A DNA stretch of 34,710 bases from a virus (taxonomy: Duplodnaviria > Caudoviricetes), in IMG/VR virus record IMGVR_UViG_3300030397_000745, positions 1-34,710 of that record. One strand, written 5' to 3'. Positions within the stretch are counted from its first letter, which is position 1. The number at the start of each line of letters is the position of its first letter. The translations under genes were made by a program, and so were the position numbers. Positions 23,971 through 33,291 of the stretch are shown here, piece by piece. Below the pieces are notes generated by a model that was not told the origin of the DNA, did not search any database, and was given only the letters and a program-made list of their open reading frames with translations.

Positions 23971-25448
23971 CCTACAATCGTTGTCGACTCAATCCGAATC
24001 GGCTCGCGGCTTGCCGCGCTATCGATTACGGCTTCACGAACATCTTTCATCGTCTCAATGAGCTTCTTACGGTCCCTCGCAGCTTCCCGCTCTGCAGCTC
24101 GCCGCTCTCGCTCTGTGTCCTGGGCTTGCATGGTGAGCTTCTGGACGACATTAAACCCGGCCGTGCTGTCGAGCTCAACTGCGCCCACAGTCGGCGTCCT
24201 GATAGACTTAGCAGCATCGCTGAGCCCGAGAGCTTTCTTCTCGGCTTCAATCAGCCGCTCGGCAATGCTCTTGATACCCCGCTCAGCGAACCGAATAGGA
24301 ATGAGCCCGCGACCCAGCAGCTCGCCAAACTTCATCGTTTCTTCGTTCAGCTTCTCAAACGGGGTTTTCAGACTGTCGATGACCCTTTCAGCCTCAGCAG
24401 CCGCTCGCTTGGCCTCGGCAGCAGCTGCTTTTTGTGCGGCCTCAACCTTTTTTGCCTCTTCCGCAAGGCGCTTTTGCTCGGCCGCCCAGGTGGATGTGGC
24501 TGCGGCTGCTGCTTCGGTCGCTTTTGCTGATTCATCCATTGAGCCACTGATTTGGTCAACACTCACCCCCATCAGCTGCCGGAAACCTTTGACCAAGTCA
24601 ATCACCGCTTTGGCCATGGGAATCAAGAGATGCGTCAGCAGATCTTCGAGCACTGGCGCCAAGGCAGCTGCAATTTGATTCCACACACCGTCAATGGCCT
24701 TATTGAACTCGGTCCATCGGTCGTTCATCGATTCGATTGCCGCGGCGTCTTCCCGGGAAAGGGCACCTAGCGCGGTCATCTCATCGATTAGCGGCTCCAT
24801 GCCCGTGTCGGCCAGACCCTTGAGGGTGGTCAGCAGTGCCACCCCCTCGGTATCGAATAGCTTCATGGCCAGCCGGACCCGGTCGCCCTGGTTCGAAACC
24901 TCGTCCATCGCTCGAGCAATGCGGACCATCTGCTGGTCAGGGGTGAGCTTGGTCAGCGCCTCAGCCTCGAGACCGAGCTCGGCCAGCGCGTTGACGGCCT
25001 CTCCTGAGCCCTGTGCCGCCTCGGCCACGCGCCGGGTCATTCTCTGCAGCGATGTTTCCATCGTGCCGGCAGACGCACCGCCTCGCTCTGCAGCGAGACC
25101 CAGAGCCTGGATTGCCTTGGACGTGGTCCCCACACGGTCGGCAAATTTGGCGGCCGCATCAACGCGCTGGAAAGCTTCCCCCAACGAAGCCACGGCCGCC
25201 TTGGCCGCAAAAAAGCCCGCTGTGGCCGCGGCCAGCGGTGCGGCGATTGCACCCAGGGCACCAGTCGCTATTCCCATGCGACCGGCCAACCCGCTCAAGC
25301 CACCAGACAGCCCCTTTACCCCGCCACCAAGAGAAGTGACCCGGGCATTAAATCCGCGAAGCTTGCCCGTAATCTGCTGGGTGCCGCGCGACACACCCTC
25401 GCCGCTGAGACTGACCAGGATGCTGAGCGAGCTAATTTGCTTGGCCAT
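23967..25448 (-). CDS. Tail tape measure protein (493 aa)
   Basis: Ala/Gly-rich helical protein following the chaperone pair; AKFADRVG...L.LAAE.GG and D.....AMKLF..EG..LL patterns. Confidence 0.9.
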   Translation of the reverse strand: MAKQISSLSILVSLSGEGVSRGTQQITGKLRGFNARVTSLGGGVKGLSGGLSGLAGRMGIATGALGAIAAPLAAATAGFFAAKAAVASLGEAFQRVDAAAKFADRVGTTSKAIQALGLAAERGGASAGTMETSLQRMTRRVAEAAQGSGEAVNALAELGLEAEALTKLTPDQQMVRIARAMDEVSNQGDRVRLAMKLFDTEGVALLTTLKGLADTGMEPLIDEMTALGALSREDAAAIESMNDRWTEFNKAIDGVWNQIAAALAPVLEDLLTHLLIPMAKAVIDLVKGFRQLMGVSVDQISGSMDESAKATEAAAAATSTWAAEQKRLAEEAKKVEAAQKAAAAEAKRAAAEAERVIDSLKTPFEKLNEETMKFGELLGRGLIPIRFAERGIKSIAERLIEAEKKALGLSDAAKSIRTPTVGAVELDSTAGFNVVQKLTMQAQDTERERRAAEREAARDRKKLIETMKDVREAVIDSAASREPIRIESTTIVG

Positions 25449-25797
25449 GGGCCGCCTTCGCTTTCTTTCGGGCCTTGTATTCCCGGAAGTACGCTAGAGA
25501 CTCTTCCTGGTCAACGGAATCCAGCACATCTTCGACGTACGGCCAAATCGGCTGTGGAAGACTGTACGCGGGCTCGCTGGACGGACTCACGTAATTCCGC
25601 AACCACCGCAGCAGGACGGCTTGCCGAAGGTCCTGCCGAACCTCTCCAAAGGTATCGGATTGGTCGTACGCAAACCACTCGTGGAATTGCCGTGGTGTCA
25701 GAAGTGGCAGCAGGAAGTCCGGGTGGGGCATCCCTAGCTGCAAGCAGAGCTTGAACGAGAATTTCCGCAGAACAGTCGAGTTAGAATCACCGCTCAG
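25432..25797 (-). CDS. Tail assembly chaperone, -1 frameshift extension (gpT-like)
   Basis: The -1 frame is open from the slippery site: ...KKKLSGDSNSTVLRKFSFKLCLQLGMPHPD...EWFAY...FGE.R.DLR. Confidence 0.85.
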   Translation of the reverse strand: MSGDSNSTVLRKFSFKLCLQLGMPHPDFLLPLLTPRQFHEWFAYDQSDTFGEVRQDLRQAVLLRWLRNYVSPSSEPAYSLPQPIWPYVEDVLDSVDQEESLAYFREYKARKKAKAAHGQAN

Positions 25798-26168
25798 TTT
25801 TTTTTAGCCGAATCGACTTCGCCGGCCACGTTTTCATTAGCATGGCCCAGCAGCATGTTCCCGATGTGAATGACATCGTCAATTTTCATCTGCCCGACCA
25901 GGGCAACACCCTCCTCGTTGTCCAGGAAGCGATTACCCTCACTGTCGACCGCGGCTTTGGCAATGACCCGAATGGACCCTTTGAGATTACTGGCCGTCGT
26001 CTCTCGGCCGAGCGATTCCTGGTACTCCAACATCTCAATCGACTCGAGCGCATTGAGCTTGGCCAGCTTGAGCTTGCCAAACCCTGGCACGTCGATGTCA
26101 ATCGTTTCCTGCTGTCGCTCAAGGGCCGCCTTGAACGCACCTAGGTCGAGATAACCGTTAGACGTCAT
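25794..26168 (-). CDS. Tail assembly chaperone (gpG-like)
   Basis: Lies between tail tube and tape measure; ends AKKN on GCT AAA AAA AAC TGA. Confidence 0.85.
   Translation of the reverse strand: MTSNGYLDLGAFKAALERQQETIDIDVPGFGKLKLAKLNALESIEMLEYQESLGRETTASNLKGSIRVIAKAAVDSEGNRFLDNEEGVALVGQMKIDDVIHIGNMLLGHANENVAGEVDSAKKN
25797..25803 (-). other. Programmed -1 frameshift heptamer A AAA AAC
   Basis: X XXY YYZ heptamer directly before the chaperone stop codon. Confidence 0.85.
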
Positions 26169-26644
26169 GCGATATTGGTCGTTGCTCGAGTAATATCCGT
26201 GGTTCGCTGAATTGTCACTTCGCGGCGAATTGTTCCGGTGACCTCAATGCTCTGCGGGCCAATGTTCTTGATAAAGCCACTGAAAGCATCCGTCGGTGCC
26301 ACCGAGCCCGATGCCGTACCATCATGCGGGTAGACAAAGCGGAAGGACACGACATCACCAATCGACTGAGACCCACTGCCACCAGACCCGTCAAATGCCG
26401 TATCAATCAGCTCGTGGTCTGTGTCACCAGGTTCCCAGAATTGAGCAATGGTGACCTCGCTCGCGGCTTCACGACCCTGGACTGGCACATGGAAATTCTC
26501 ACCAAGCACACCGCCATCGGCAATCTCTCTTTCCCTACCGGGTGGGGTGCAATTGATGGCCATCGTGATTGCCGAATAACTGGTCCCCCCAGCGGGGTCC
26601 ATCTCGACAATCATGCCCATGCCGATTTGCTTCTTGGTAGACAT
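26165..26644 (-). CDS. Major tail (tube) protein
   Basis: AGGAG RBS; FRFVYP......FSGFI....P pattern of lambda gpV-like tubes; synteny. Confidence 0.8.
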   Translation of the reverse strand: MSTKKQIGMGMIVEMDPAGGTSYSAITMAINCTPPGREREIADGGVLGENFHVPVQGREAASEVTIAQFWEPGDTDHELIDTAFDGSGGSGSQSIGDVVSFRFVYPHDGTASGSVAPTDAFSGFIKNIGPQSIEVTGTIRREVTIQRTTDITRATTNIA

Positions 26645-26654
26645 CCGTTGACTC

Positions 26655-27098
26655 CTATGCTGCCTCGGCGTAACCGACGATTTCAAACTCTAGCGAACCA
26701 ACGTGGTAGCCTTCGTCTGAATCCACACCTTTGGGAATGTAGTCGTCGGCCGCATTCCTGACGAATATGGCTTGGATTGTGCCAGTCCCGAGAGTGTCTC
26801 GATGACTGTCGTACTTCCGCAGCTCGCCCACCAGGGCCACCTGGTCATCTAGGTCCCGAGAAATGGCTTCGACGATAAACGTCTCTCGGAATTGGTACTT
26901 GCGGCCGGGCTGCTCGTTGAGGATGCGGTCTTCATCCTCACCGGCCGTAATCCGGTGAAAAAAAATGTAGGTCCCCAGATAGCTTTCAGGGACATGGTTG
27001 TAATGAATCCGTTGATTCGGCAACCCCTCGACGATATCCGTGATGTCAGTATCGTCCACCAGTTGCTGAATCAAGTCCTGGTCAATCGTGTTAGCCAT
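26655..27098 (-). CDS. Tail terminator/completion protein
   Basis: Synteny and RIHY..VP.....YI.FHRI pattern. Confidence 0.7.
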   Translation of the reverse strand: MANTIDQDLIQQLVDDTDITDIVEGLPNQRIHYNHVPESYLGTYIFFHRITAGEDEDRILNEQPGRKYQFRETFIVEAISRDLDDQVALVGELRKYDSHRDTLGTGTIQAIFVRNAADDYIPKGVDSDEGYHVGSLEFEIVGYAEAA

Positions 27099-27690
27099 CC
27101 CCGATTCCCGCGAGCTTATCCGTGGCTATTTTGCGGGCCTCTGCGTCAATCTCTGCGGCCGCCTTCCGGGCAATTGCCTTGCGGACAGAAGACGCTGTCT
27201 CTCGTTGCACTCGCTCGATGAACCTCTTCCCGGTAGTCCCCGGGTGACGAATCCGCATGGTGAAAATCAACGAGCCCTTGCGGCGCCTTTTCCCGGCCTT
27301 CTCGAACGCCAGGACCTTGCCACGGCGCCGTGGGACAATGTGGGACCTAGTGGGTCGCTCTACCAGGTGAATCGGCACTGTATCACCGCGACCACTGATT
27401 CCACCGCCACGCAACCGCTTCTTTTGGTTGCTACCCCCGCGACGAACCTTGCTCAGGTCCTGGCCCACAATTGAAATCACATTGCCGTCGCGAAACGTTT
27501 TAACTTTCTGGATGAGCGACTTGGAAAGCCCGCGATTGACCTTGGGGGCTTTCGCCTTGGCCGCCTTGAGAACAACCGAGCCACCGGCGCGAATCGACTT
27601 ACGCAACACCCGCGTGCGAACCCTGCGGTTAAGCAGCCGCATCTTGGAAATGGTCGACTCTACATTCAACACGCGAAACTCTGCTGTCAT
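27091..27690 (-). CDS. HK97 gp10-like neck protein
   Basis: Basic protein with AKAKAP....L.KS and HLVE..T...HPG......F; ATG at 27690 by ATGA overlap. Confidence 0.8.
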   Translation of the reverse strand: MTAEFRVLNVESTISKMRLLNRRVRTRVLRKSIRAGGSVVLKAAKAKAPKVNRGLSKSLIQKVKTFRDGNVISIVGQDLSKVRRGGSNQKKRLRGGGISGRGDTVPIHLVERPTRSHIVPRRRGKVLAFEKAGKRRRKGSLIFTMRIRHPGTTGKRFIERVQRETASSVRKAIARKAAAEIDAEARKIATDKLAGIGDG

Positions 27691-28037
27691 TCCACCGGGT
27701 ACTCGTGCGAGCAAAGCAGGGTGTATTCGTAATCCTCGAGTAATTCCTGGTCCATCACATGGCCAATATCCATTCGCTTGCCCCCAGAATCTCGCACCAG
27801 GTAGTCCGCTGGCGTGAGATTCCACGAGCCAAGCCCAAAGAGCCGCACGCGGTACTGGACCTCGGCATACAACTGCCTTGCAGCTTCGAGTTCGCGACCA
27901 GACAACGACTCAATGCTGCAAGGAACGTCCGAAGCCACTTCAGTCGGCGTCTCATTCCTCTGGCCCCGAGAAGTTACTGAAGTCTCAAGTGGCACCCGGA
28001 AGATGTCGACCAGGTGCCTCTTTACTGGCTGTTTCAT
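27687..28037 (-). CDS. Head-closure protein (SPP1 gp16-like)
   Basis: V.I......RG.......A.VPC.IE.LSGRE...ARQ motif; synteny. Confidence 0.8.
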   Translation of the reverse strand: MKQPVKRHLVDIFRVPLETSVTSRGQRNETPTEVASDVPCSIESLSGRELEAARQLYAEVQYRVRLFGLGSWNLTPADYLVRDSGGKRMDIGHVMDQELLEDYEYTLLCSHEYPVE

Positions 28038-28639
28038 AGGTATTTCGGGGACCGATACTTATTGCCGGCGGTGCGATAAACCTCACCATAGCCCGGCAAA
28101 TCGCCAAATCCACGGTCGTGCCAGACCCTGGCCACCCGGGAAATGATGGTCAGAATCACGCCACTCGGCAGGGACCCTGCATCGCTGTACCCGGCCGTGT
28201 ATCGCACCGTGATAAGGCCAGTGCGGTCGGTCGCTAGGTCTGGCCAATCATCGTCGAAGTCCGCTCGCCAGATGACCGGCCAGACCCGACCGAGGTCCAC
28301 GCGGTAATCAGTTCCCACAGTGAGCGACTGCTGGTTCCCGTCCTCGTCGTAATACTTGACCGATTCGATTCCATTGACCGGCCTCTGTGGAACCACAATT
28401 GGCTCGTCAACGTCCGGCCAGCAATCGTAATCAAGGTCGAAGGTGCCTTGGGCGACTACGTGATTGAAGTCAAACTCGAAGGTCTCAGCAGCTTCATTCA
28501 GTAGCAGTTCGATTTCGCTGTCATGAACGCTAATCGAAGTCGCTATTTGCAGCTGCTTTTTTGCCCTTACGAGGAGGTCTTCCCCGACGTCGAACGCCCT
28601 GCTGCCGACCAGGACCGGTTTCGGTACTGCTGTCGCCAT
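28034..28639 (-). CDS. Head-tail connector (HK97 gp6/SPP1 gp15-like)
   Basis: AK.QL.I....HD..I..L...A, PV..I.SVKYYD.DG..Q, V.Y.AGY and LP; ATG at 28639. Confidence 0.85.
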   Translation of the reverse strand: MATAVPKPVLVGSRAFDVGEDLLVRAKKQLQIATSISVHDSEIELLLNEAAETFEFDFNHVVAQGTFDLDYDCWPDVDEPIVVPQRPVNGIESVKYYDEDGNQQSLTVGTDYRVDLGRVWPVIWRADFDDDWPDLATDRTGLITVRYTAGYSDAGSLPSGVILTIISRVARVWHDRGFGDLPGYGEVYRTAGNKYRSPKYL

Positions 28640-28754
28640 CTTCCACCTGGGTGGCGGTGTGGTAGTCGAGCATTGTCCGGCCAACACCTTCGTCAACCAT
28701 GACAATGTCGCCTACCTGACGACCGCCCCACTGCCGTAGTAATCTAACTTTCAC
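28530..28754 (-). CDS. Small protein resembling the ribosomal protein bL9 N-terminal domain, with an AT-hook-like tail
   Basis: GTG with GAGG RBS; MKVRLLRQW....GDIVMVDEGVGR.ML and C-terminal RRGRPPRK. Confidence 0.55.
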   Translation of the reverse strand: MKVRLLRQWGGRQVGDIVMVDEGVGRTMLDYHTATQVEDGDSSTETGPGRQQGVRRRGRPPRKGKKAAANSDFD

Positions 28755-28798
28755 GCGTCGTTGCCTCTGGTTTTTAACGGGGAACCACCCCTTAGGGG

Positions 28799-29254
28799 CT
28801 ACGCGGCCAGGACCGATGCGGCATTGAAGTCGGCTGCCACATTCGGGCCAATGTCCGCGTTGTACAGTATCGCCCAAGCCCACATCCAAGTGCCGGCCGT
28901 TCCGTTGCCAGCGGTCGCGACCAGGTCGAGGTATCGCTTCTTGCCTCGAAGGTCCAGATGGACAAGGAAGAACTTGTTGTCGTCCGTCGCCGTCGGCAGT
29001 GCCGCAGCGCTGCCGTCAATGTTCGTGTCGCCATTGAAGTCAGCGCCGTCAATGTCAGCGAATCCGGAACCGGACGTGTCTGACTGCTGCACTTTCAGGG
29101 CAGTCATGGCGATGTCCGTGGTGCCAACACGAACGCAGATGAGAGCCGAGTTGAACCCAAACGTATCCATCTCGGTCGTGGTGAACGAGGCATTGTCCAC
29201 AATCGCCTCGCTGAAAACGATTGGCAGCAGTTTGCAAGCCAGTAATTCTCTCAT
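28799..29254 (-). CDS. Putative capsid decoration/cement protein
   Basis: Directly after the capsid gene; DT.GF.......G......LKVQQSD.SGS.F.D and KRYL pattern. Confidence 0.65.
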   Translation of the reverse strand: MRELLACKLLPIVFSEAIVDNASFTTTEMDTFGFNSALICVRVGTTDIAMTALKVQQSDTSGSGFADIDGADFNGDTNIDGSAAALPTATDDNKFFLVHLDLRGKKRYLDLVATAGNGTAGTWMWAWAILYNADIGPNVAADFNAASVLAA

Positions 29255-29296
29255 GATTATTCTCCATTTTTTTGAAGGGCAGGAACTCGAACTCGG

Positions 29297-30766
29297 TTAC
29301 GCGGTGGTCTGCAGCCCCACGTAGGAACCTTTGTTGCTCGCGTCACCAAACTCGTGCACGTTGATATCGACTCGCTCCGTGCCCTTCACGGCAATCTGGT
29401 CTCGTTCCCAGACGGACTGGCCACCGACCGTAACCGTGTCATCGAACTCAATTGTTTCAGACCGACGGTCACCGAACTTGGCGGCCTGGACAAAGTCGCC
29501 CAGCAAAGCGAAGGTCGTGCTAGCTGCTGTCGCGCTCGACATGACCTGAGAGAATATGACCGGATAGCCCAGGAAGAGCGGAACACCAGTCGCACCGCGA
29601 ACGCTATCACGAACTTCGCGGCCGGTCACACCGCCACTTGCGAGCAGCAGCCGTTCCATCACCTCGTAATAGAAGGTTCGATGGGTAATCCACACCGTAT
29701 TGTCATTGTCGGCATAGTCCGGCAAGCCTCCGACGACCTTCGAGAAGTCGGCAAGCACAAGCGCCGACCAAGCATTGCCCGAACCGCTGAGAAGCCCAGC
29801 CGAATTAGTGCCGGCGCCATCGATGTTGGTCAGCCGCTCGATTGCACCAACAATGCCGCCGTCAGTGGACAGGCCCGTGCCGTTCAGCCCAGCGCTGTCC
29901 TCAGCACTTGCCATGGCGTAGCTGATTTCGCCCGCGATTTTGTCGCCCAAATCAATCGCGTTGTCCTCGTCGATTTCCTTGGACATGCGGGTGAGAACCA
30001 TCAGCTTCTCGGCCACGAGCTTGACATCGTCGAATTCCATCGTCGACTCGGTGCCGGCCGCATTCTCGCCCACCCAGTGAGCGGTTAGACCGGACAACCT
30101 GCGTGGAACCCGTTTAACATCGCTCATCATGGTCTCGCGACCGAAGGTCTGCCGGACCACCCCGCGACGTTCCTTAAGGTCAATCAGGTCGCTGGAGAAT
30201 TCCTCAGGGACAGTGAAGTGCCCACCGTCACCACCCGAGCCACCACCGCTCGAGACATTCTGAAAGTTATCCCGATAGAAAGATTCGGTGGCTTTCATCA
30301 GATGGCCGTACTTGTTCGGTAGCTGATTGGCCAACACGTGCATGGCCCACATTCCAAATCGGAACGCACGAACCTGCGGGCCATGCTCTTCACCATCGAA
30401 ATTGCGGAAATTCCGCGGCGTCACCCGTCGCACATTGCTGGGGATAACGAACTGCGGTCGCTGGCTGTGATAGCCACCGCCGGCCATCTGCCGAATGGAA
30501 CTCGGGTCAGACCGCGGTGCAGGGTCAGATGCCCCGAAAGGCGCCAGAGAAGAATTGATTTTCTCAAGCCGAGCCAATTCGGTCTTGTCCTTCTCGAGAC
30601 TGGCCATCAAGCCGTCAAGCTCGGCTTCCTCTTCCTGCGTCAGCAAGACCGGATTTCCCTCGCCATCAAGCTCGGGGTCCTCGATTTTGGCCGTCAGCTC
30701 CTTGATGCGCGCAACCCGCTCATCAATGGTCTTTCTGAGTTTGGCAATGATGTCCTTAAGTTTCAT
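29297..30766 (-). CDS. Major capsid protein, HK97 family, with N-terminal delta domain
   Basis: GGAGG RBS; coiled-coil N-terminus, GG.TVPEEF, WVGE, S.E..ED, LNGTG, LGYPV, LLGDF, ER.D. Confidence 0.95.
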   Translation of the reverse strand: MKLKDIIAKLRKTIDERVARIKELTAKIEDPELDGEGNPVLLTQEEEAELDGLMASLEKDKTELARLEKINSSLAPFGASDPAPRSDPSSIRQMAGGGYHSQRPQFVIPSNVRRVTPRNFRNFDGEEHGPQVRAFRFGMWAMHVLANQLPNKYGHLMKATESFYRDNFQNVSSGGGSGGDGGHFTVPEEFSSDLIDLKERRGVVRQTFGRETMMSDVKRVPRRLSGLTAHWVGENAAGTESTMEFDDVKLVAEKLMVLTRMSKEIDEDNAIDLGDKIAGEISYAMASAEDSAGLNGTGLSTDGGIVGAIERLTNIDGAGTNSAGLLSGSGNAWSALVLADFSKVVGGLPDYADNDNTVWITHRTFYYEVMERLLLASGGVTGREVRDSVRGATGVPLFLGYPVIFSQVMSSATAASTTFALLGDFVQAAKFGDRRSETIEFDDTVTVGGQSVWERDQIAVKGTERVDINVHEFGDASNKGSYVGLQTTA

Positions 30767-30787
30767 GGTTTCCTCCGATAAGCGCAT

Positions 30788-30831
30788 AAAAAAAGGCGGT
30801 GCAAAAGTCTCTAGAGACCTTCGCACCGCCT
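30788..30831 (-). terminator. Terminator-like 17-bp hairpin plus U-tract upstream of the capsid gene
   Basis: AGGCGGUGCGAAGGUCU-CUAG-AGACUUUUGCACCGCCU-UUUUUU; the G-U pairs form only on the minus-strand RNA. Confidence 0.65.
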
Positions 30832-30917
30832 ATAGGACCGCGCTGAGAGCGGTGCCTGCGGTTCAAGGAATAGCAGCTGAGTGACCTGCTACAGAATCAC
30901 CATCTGCTGTCCGAAAT

Positions 30918-31634
30918 CTACTCGAGAGGATAACGGCCGTCAAGCAAGGATGCCTTTGCCCGGGTGGCCTTACCACGCTGGCGAAGCATGTCAACCGTCG
31001 GCTTATTGCGAACCGAGCTCAATCGAGAACTGCCATTAGAAGACCCGAGCTTCGCCGCAATCAAAGGTGGCACTGACTTGAATTTGACCACATTCCCGAG
31101 CTCGATTTTCATCGTGTGCTCGTCATCGTCATCGCCTCGACCGGCAATGCGGTCCACAAATCCAAGCTCGAGAGCTTCCTCGGCACTCATCCACGTCTCA
31201 ACGGCCAGCATCTCGGACAACTTGTCCGTCGATAGCTCCGTGGCCTTTGCGTAAGCATTCAGCGCCACATTTTCTACGGAATCCAAATCATCAGCCACCT
31301 TGCGGAAGAATGGCGCGTCACCCGCGGCGAAAGTGGACGGCTTATGAATCACGACCATGCCGGCCGGCGCAATTTCCACAGTGCGGCCGGCCAGCATAAT
31401 CACTGACGCAATCGAGCCAGCCAGCCCGTCAACCTTCACATCGACATTGCCACGGTCTCGAATCAGCTCGTGGATGGCCAAGCCCTCGAACACCTCGCCC
31501 CCGGGGGAATTGATGCGCACGAGCACATCTTCGTCCGACGGAATTCCACGCAGTGCTGCTGCAAACAGCTCGGCCGAAATCATCCCAGCCCAGGATGGAC
31601 CAATTTCATTGAAGATGAATAGCTCATGTGGCAT
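30918..31634 (-). CDS. ClpP-type prohead maturation protease
   Basis: VRINSPGGEVFEG, VDGLAGSIAS (Ser), IHKP (His) and ETWMSAEEALELGFVD. Confidence 0.95.
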   Translation of the reverse strand: MPHELFIFNEIGPSWAGMISAELFAAALRGIPSDEDVLVRINSPGGEVFEGLAIHELIRDRGNVDVKVDGLAGSIASVIMLAGRTVEIAPAGMVVIHKPSTFAAGDAPFFRKVADDLDSVENVALNAYAKATELSTDKLSEMLAVETWMSAEEALELGFVDRIAGRGDDDDEHTMKIELGNVVKFKSVPPLIAAKLGSSNGSSRLSSVRNKPTVDMLRQRGKATRAKASLLDGRYPLE

Positions 31635-33291
31635 TGCACACCCCCATGATTTTGTCGGTTATCACCTGGCATCGTGAAACCGGCCACGTTGCCACAAGAC
31701 TATCAATCTCGCTTGCGAGATTTTCCGCTGTCGCGAGCCCAGATACGTGCAGGACCTTCTCGAATGATTCATCGGCATGGTGCCGGCCATCTAAAGGGTC
31801 GCCACCCAACGACTCAATCAGTTCACCCAGCCTCGACCCAAACTGATTGTAGAACCGCTCAACCGATGGCACGAAGCTACTAGGGTCTCGCGCCATCTCA
31901 CGCACTCGATGCTGCTCGTGCTTGAGCAGCTTGAGCAGCTGGGAATCTAACACCGCCCGCAATCGCTGGGCAATGCCCTGCTCATCGTCATCACCATTGG
32001 GTTCGGGGTCAGTGGCGTCATCATCTTCCTCGAGCTCCTCGCCGCCCGGGGAAGGGGTCTCGCTGCTTGACGTGTTCGGGTTTTGGAAGTTGTGCTCGGG
32101 GTCGGGCGGTGGCAGCCCTTCCTCTTCCCGAATCTCTTCCTGGGATTTTAGACCGATTTTTCGAGCAGTCTCGTAAGCAAGATACCTCTCAGACGCTGAG
32201 CCCTGCAGAATTGCGTGAGTATCCCAGTGGAAGAAATACCCCCGCTCACGCTCCGCTTCTGACAGCAGCTTGGCGTTTGCTTCCTGGACCCATTTTTCAA
32301 GCCACTTTGCAAGTCCGTTTTGGAAGTACGCTTGGTTGCGCTGCTGCAGCGAGTTGTACGACACGTTCGACTCGACTCCAAGCATCGACTCGACTGCGGT
32401 CCACAGCGCGGCTTCCTCTCGGGCGAACTTGCGGTTTTCGATGAATTGTGCATCTCGTCCAACCACTGCAAGGGTATTGGCTTTCACCCCATTCCTCAGC
32501 AAGCCGGCGCGATTCGACCTGTCCGGGCCAGAATGGTAGCGATTGAAATCGTCAATGAACTCACGGGCTTCCTGGTCGTCAGTGTACATCCCCTCGGGTG
32601 CCTCGAGGATAATCGTCGGCACCGCACCATTGGCGTAGAACTTGTTGCTGTGCTGCTCGGCTGCAAGCCCACCGCCAACCGAGTTCCGCGCAAGGTCTGC
32701 TAGGCTCATCCCCTCGATGCCATCCTTGGACATATTCATGATGTGGAAGACATCTTCGTCCGGAATCCAGACAGCTTTGCCATTCTCGGTGGTCGTGTAA
32801 TGCCACTTCTCGGGTTCCCAGTCGTTTTCTGACCTGCGAATAATCACAGTGTGGCTGCGCTGTGCTGGCATTAAGTGCAGCTCTGCAGCCGATGCCCCAC
32901 TGCGCAGGATGGCGATTCGGCCATTGCCATAAACGATAGACTGCCACGCCACCGTCTCTTTGAGGGTGTACGCGTTCATCAAGTCGTTTGGCTTCTCGGT
33001 CACCAGCTTTTTGACTGCGAGCTCACCCCGCCTGGTCTTGCGAATCTCATCGCCAACCTCACGAAGTAGCTCGAGCAAACAAATGGCAATGTGGCCGGCA
33101 TGCTTTTGGACGGCGTAAAAAATCGGCGCGTATTGCAGCAGCGATTCAGGAGTGACTCGCACCCCCGAGTCCGATTGGGTCTTGGGCCAAAAATCCGACC
33201 AGACATCAGAAGTCCCGGTCTTGTTCGATACCACAATGCCCGGGCTGCTGCTCTTCTTGCGATTTCGCCGCCTGCGTCTTCGTCGAGCCAT
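31624..33291 (-). CDS. Portal protein, HK97 family, with C-terminal extension
   Basis: PN..M.AY..KE......YGNG, VFHI....DGI.GMS, FYANGA.P, DAQFIE.RK and EEIREEEGLPP. Confidence 0.95.
   Translation of the reverse strand: MARRRRRRRNRKKSSSPGIVVSNKTGTSDVWSDFWPKTQSDSGVRVTPESLLQYAPIFYAVQKHAGHIAICLLELLREVGDEIRKTRRGELAVKKLVTEKPNDLMNAYTLKETVAWQSIVYGNGRIAILRSGASAAELHLMPAQRSHTVIIRRSENDWEPEKWHYTTTENGKAVWIPDEDVFHIMNMSKDGIEGMSLADLARNSVGGGLAAEQHSNKFYANGAVPTIILEAPEGMYTDDQEAREFIDDFNRYHSGPDRSNRAGLLRNGVKANTLAVVGRDAQFIENRKFAREEAALWTAVESMLGVESNVSYNSLQQRNQAYFQNGLAKWLEKWVQEANAKLLSEAERERGYFFHWDTHAILQGSASERYLAYETARKIGLKSQEEIREEEGLPPPDPEHNFQNPNTSSSETPSPGGEELEEDDDATDPEPNGDDDEQGIAQRLRAVLDSQLLKLLKHEQHRVREMARDPSSFVPSVERFYNQFGSRLGELIESLGGDPLDGRHHADESFEKVLHVSGLATAENLASEIDSLVATWPVSRCQVITDKIMGVCNAT

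Noticed and set aside
24058-25497. Long plus-strand ORFs (206 and 267 aa) opposite the tape measure gene
   Set aside because: Antisense shadows of a GC-rich Ala-rich gene, with no recognisable motifs.
29354-30088. 244-aa plus-strand ORF, and similar ones at 16458-17252, 21581-22342, 5649-6269 and 9685-10308
   Set aside because: They lie opposite well-supported minus-strand genes and show no domain signatures.
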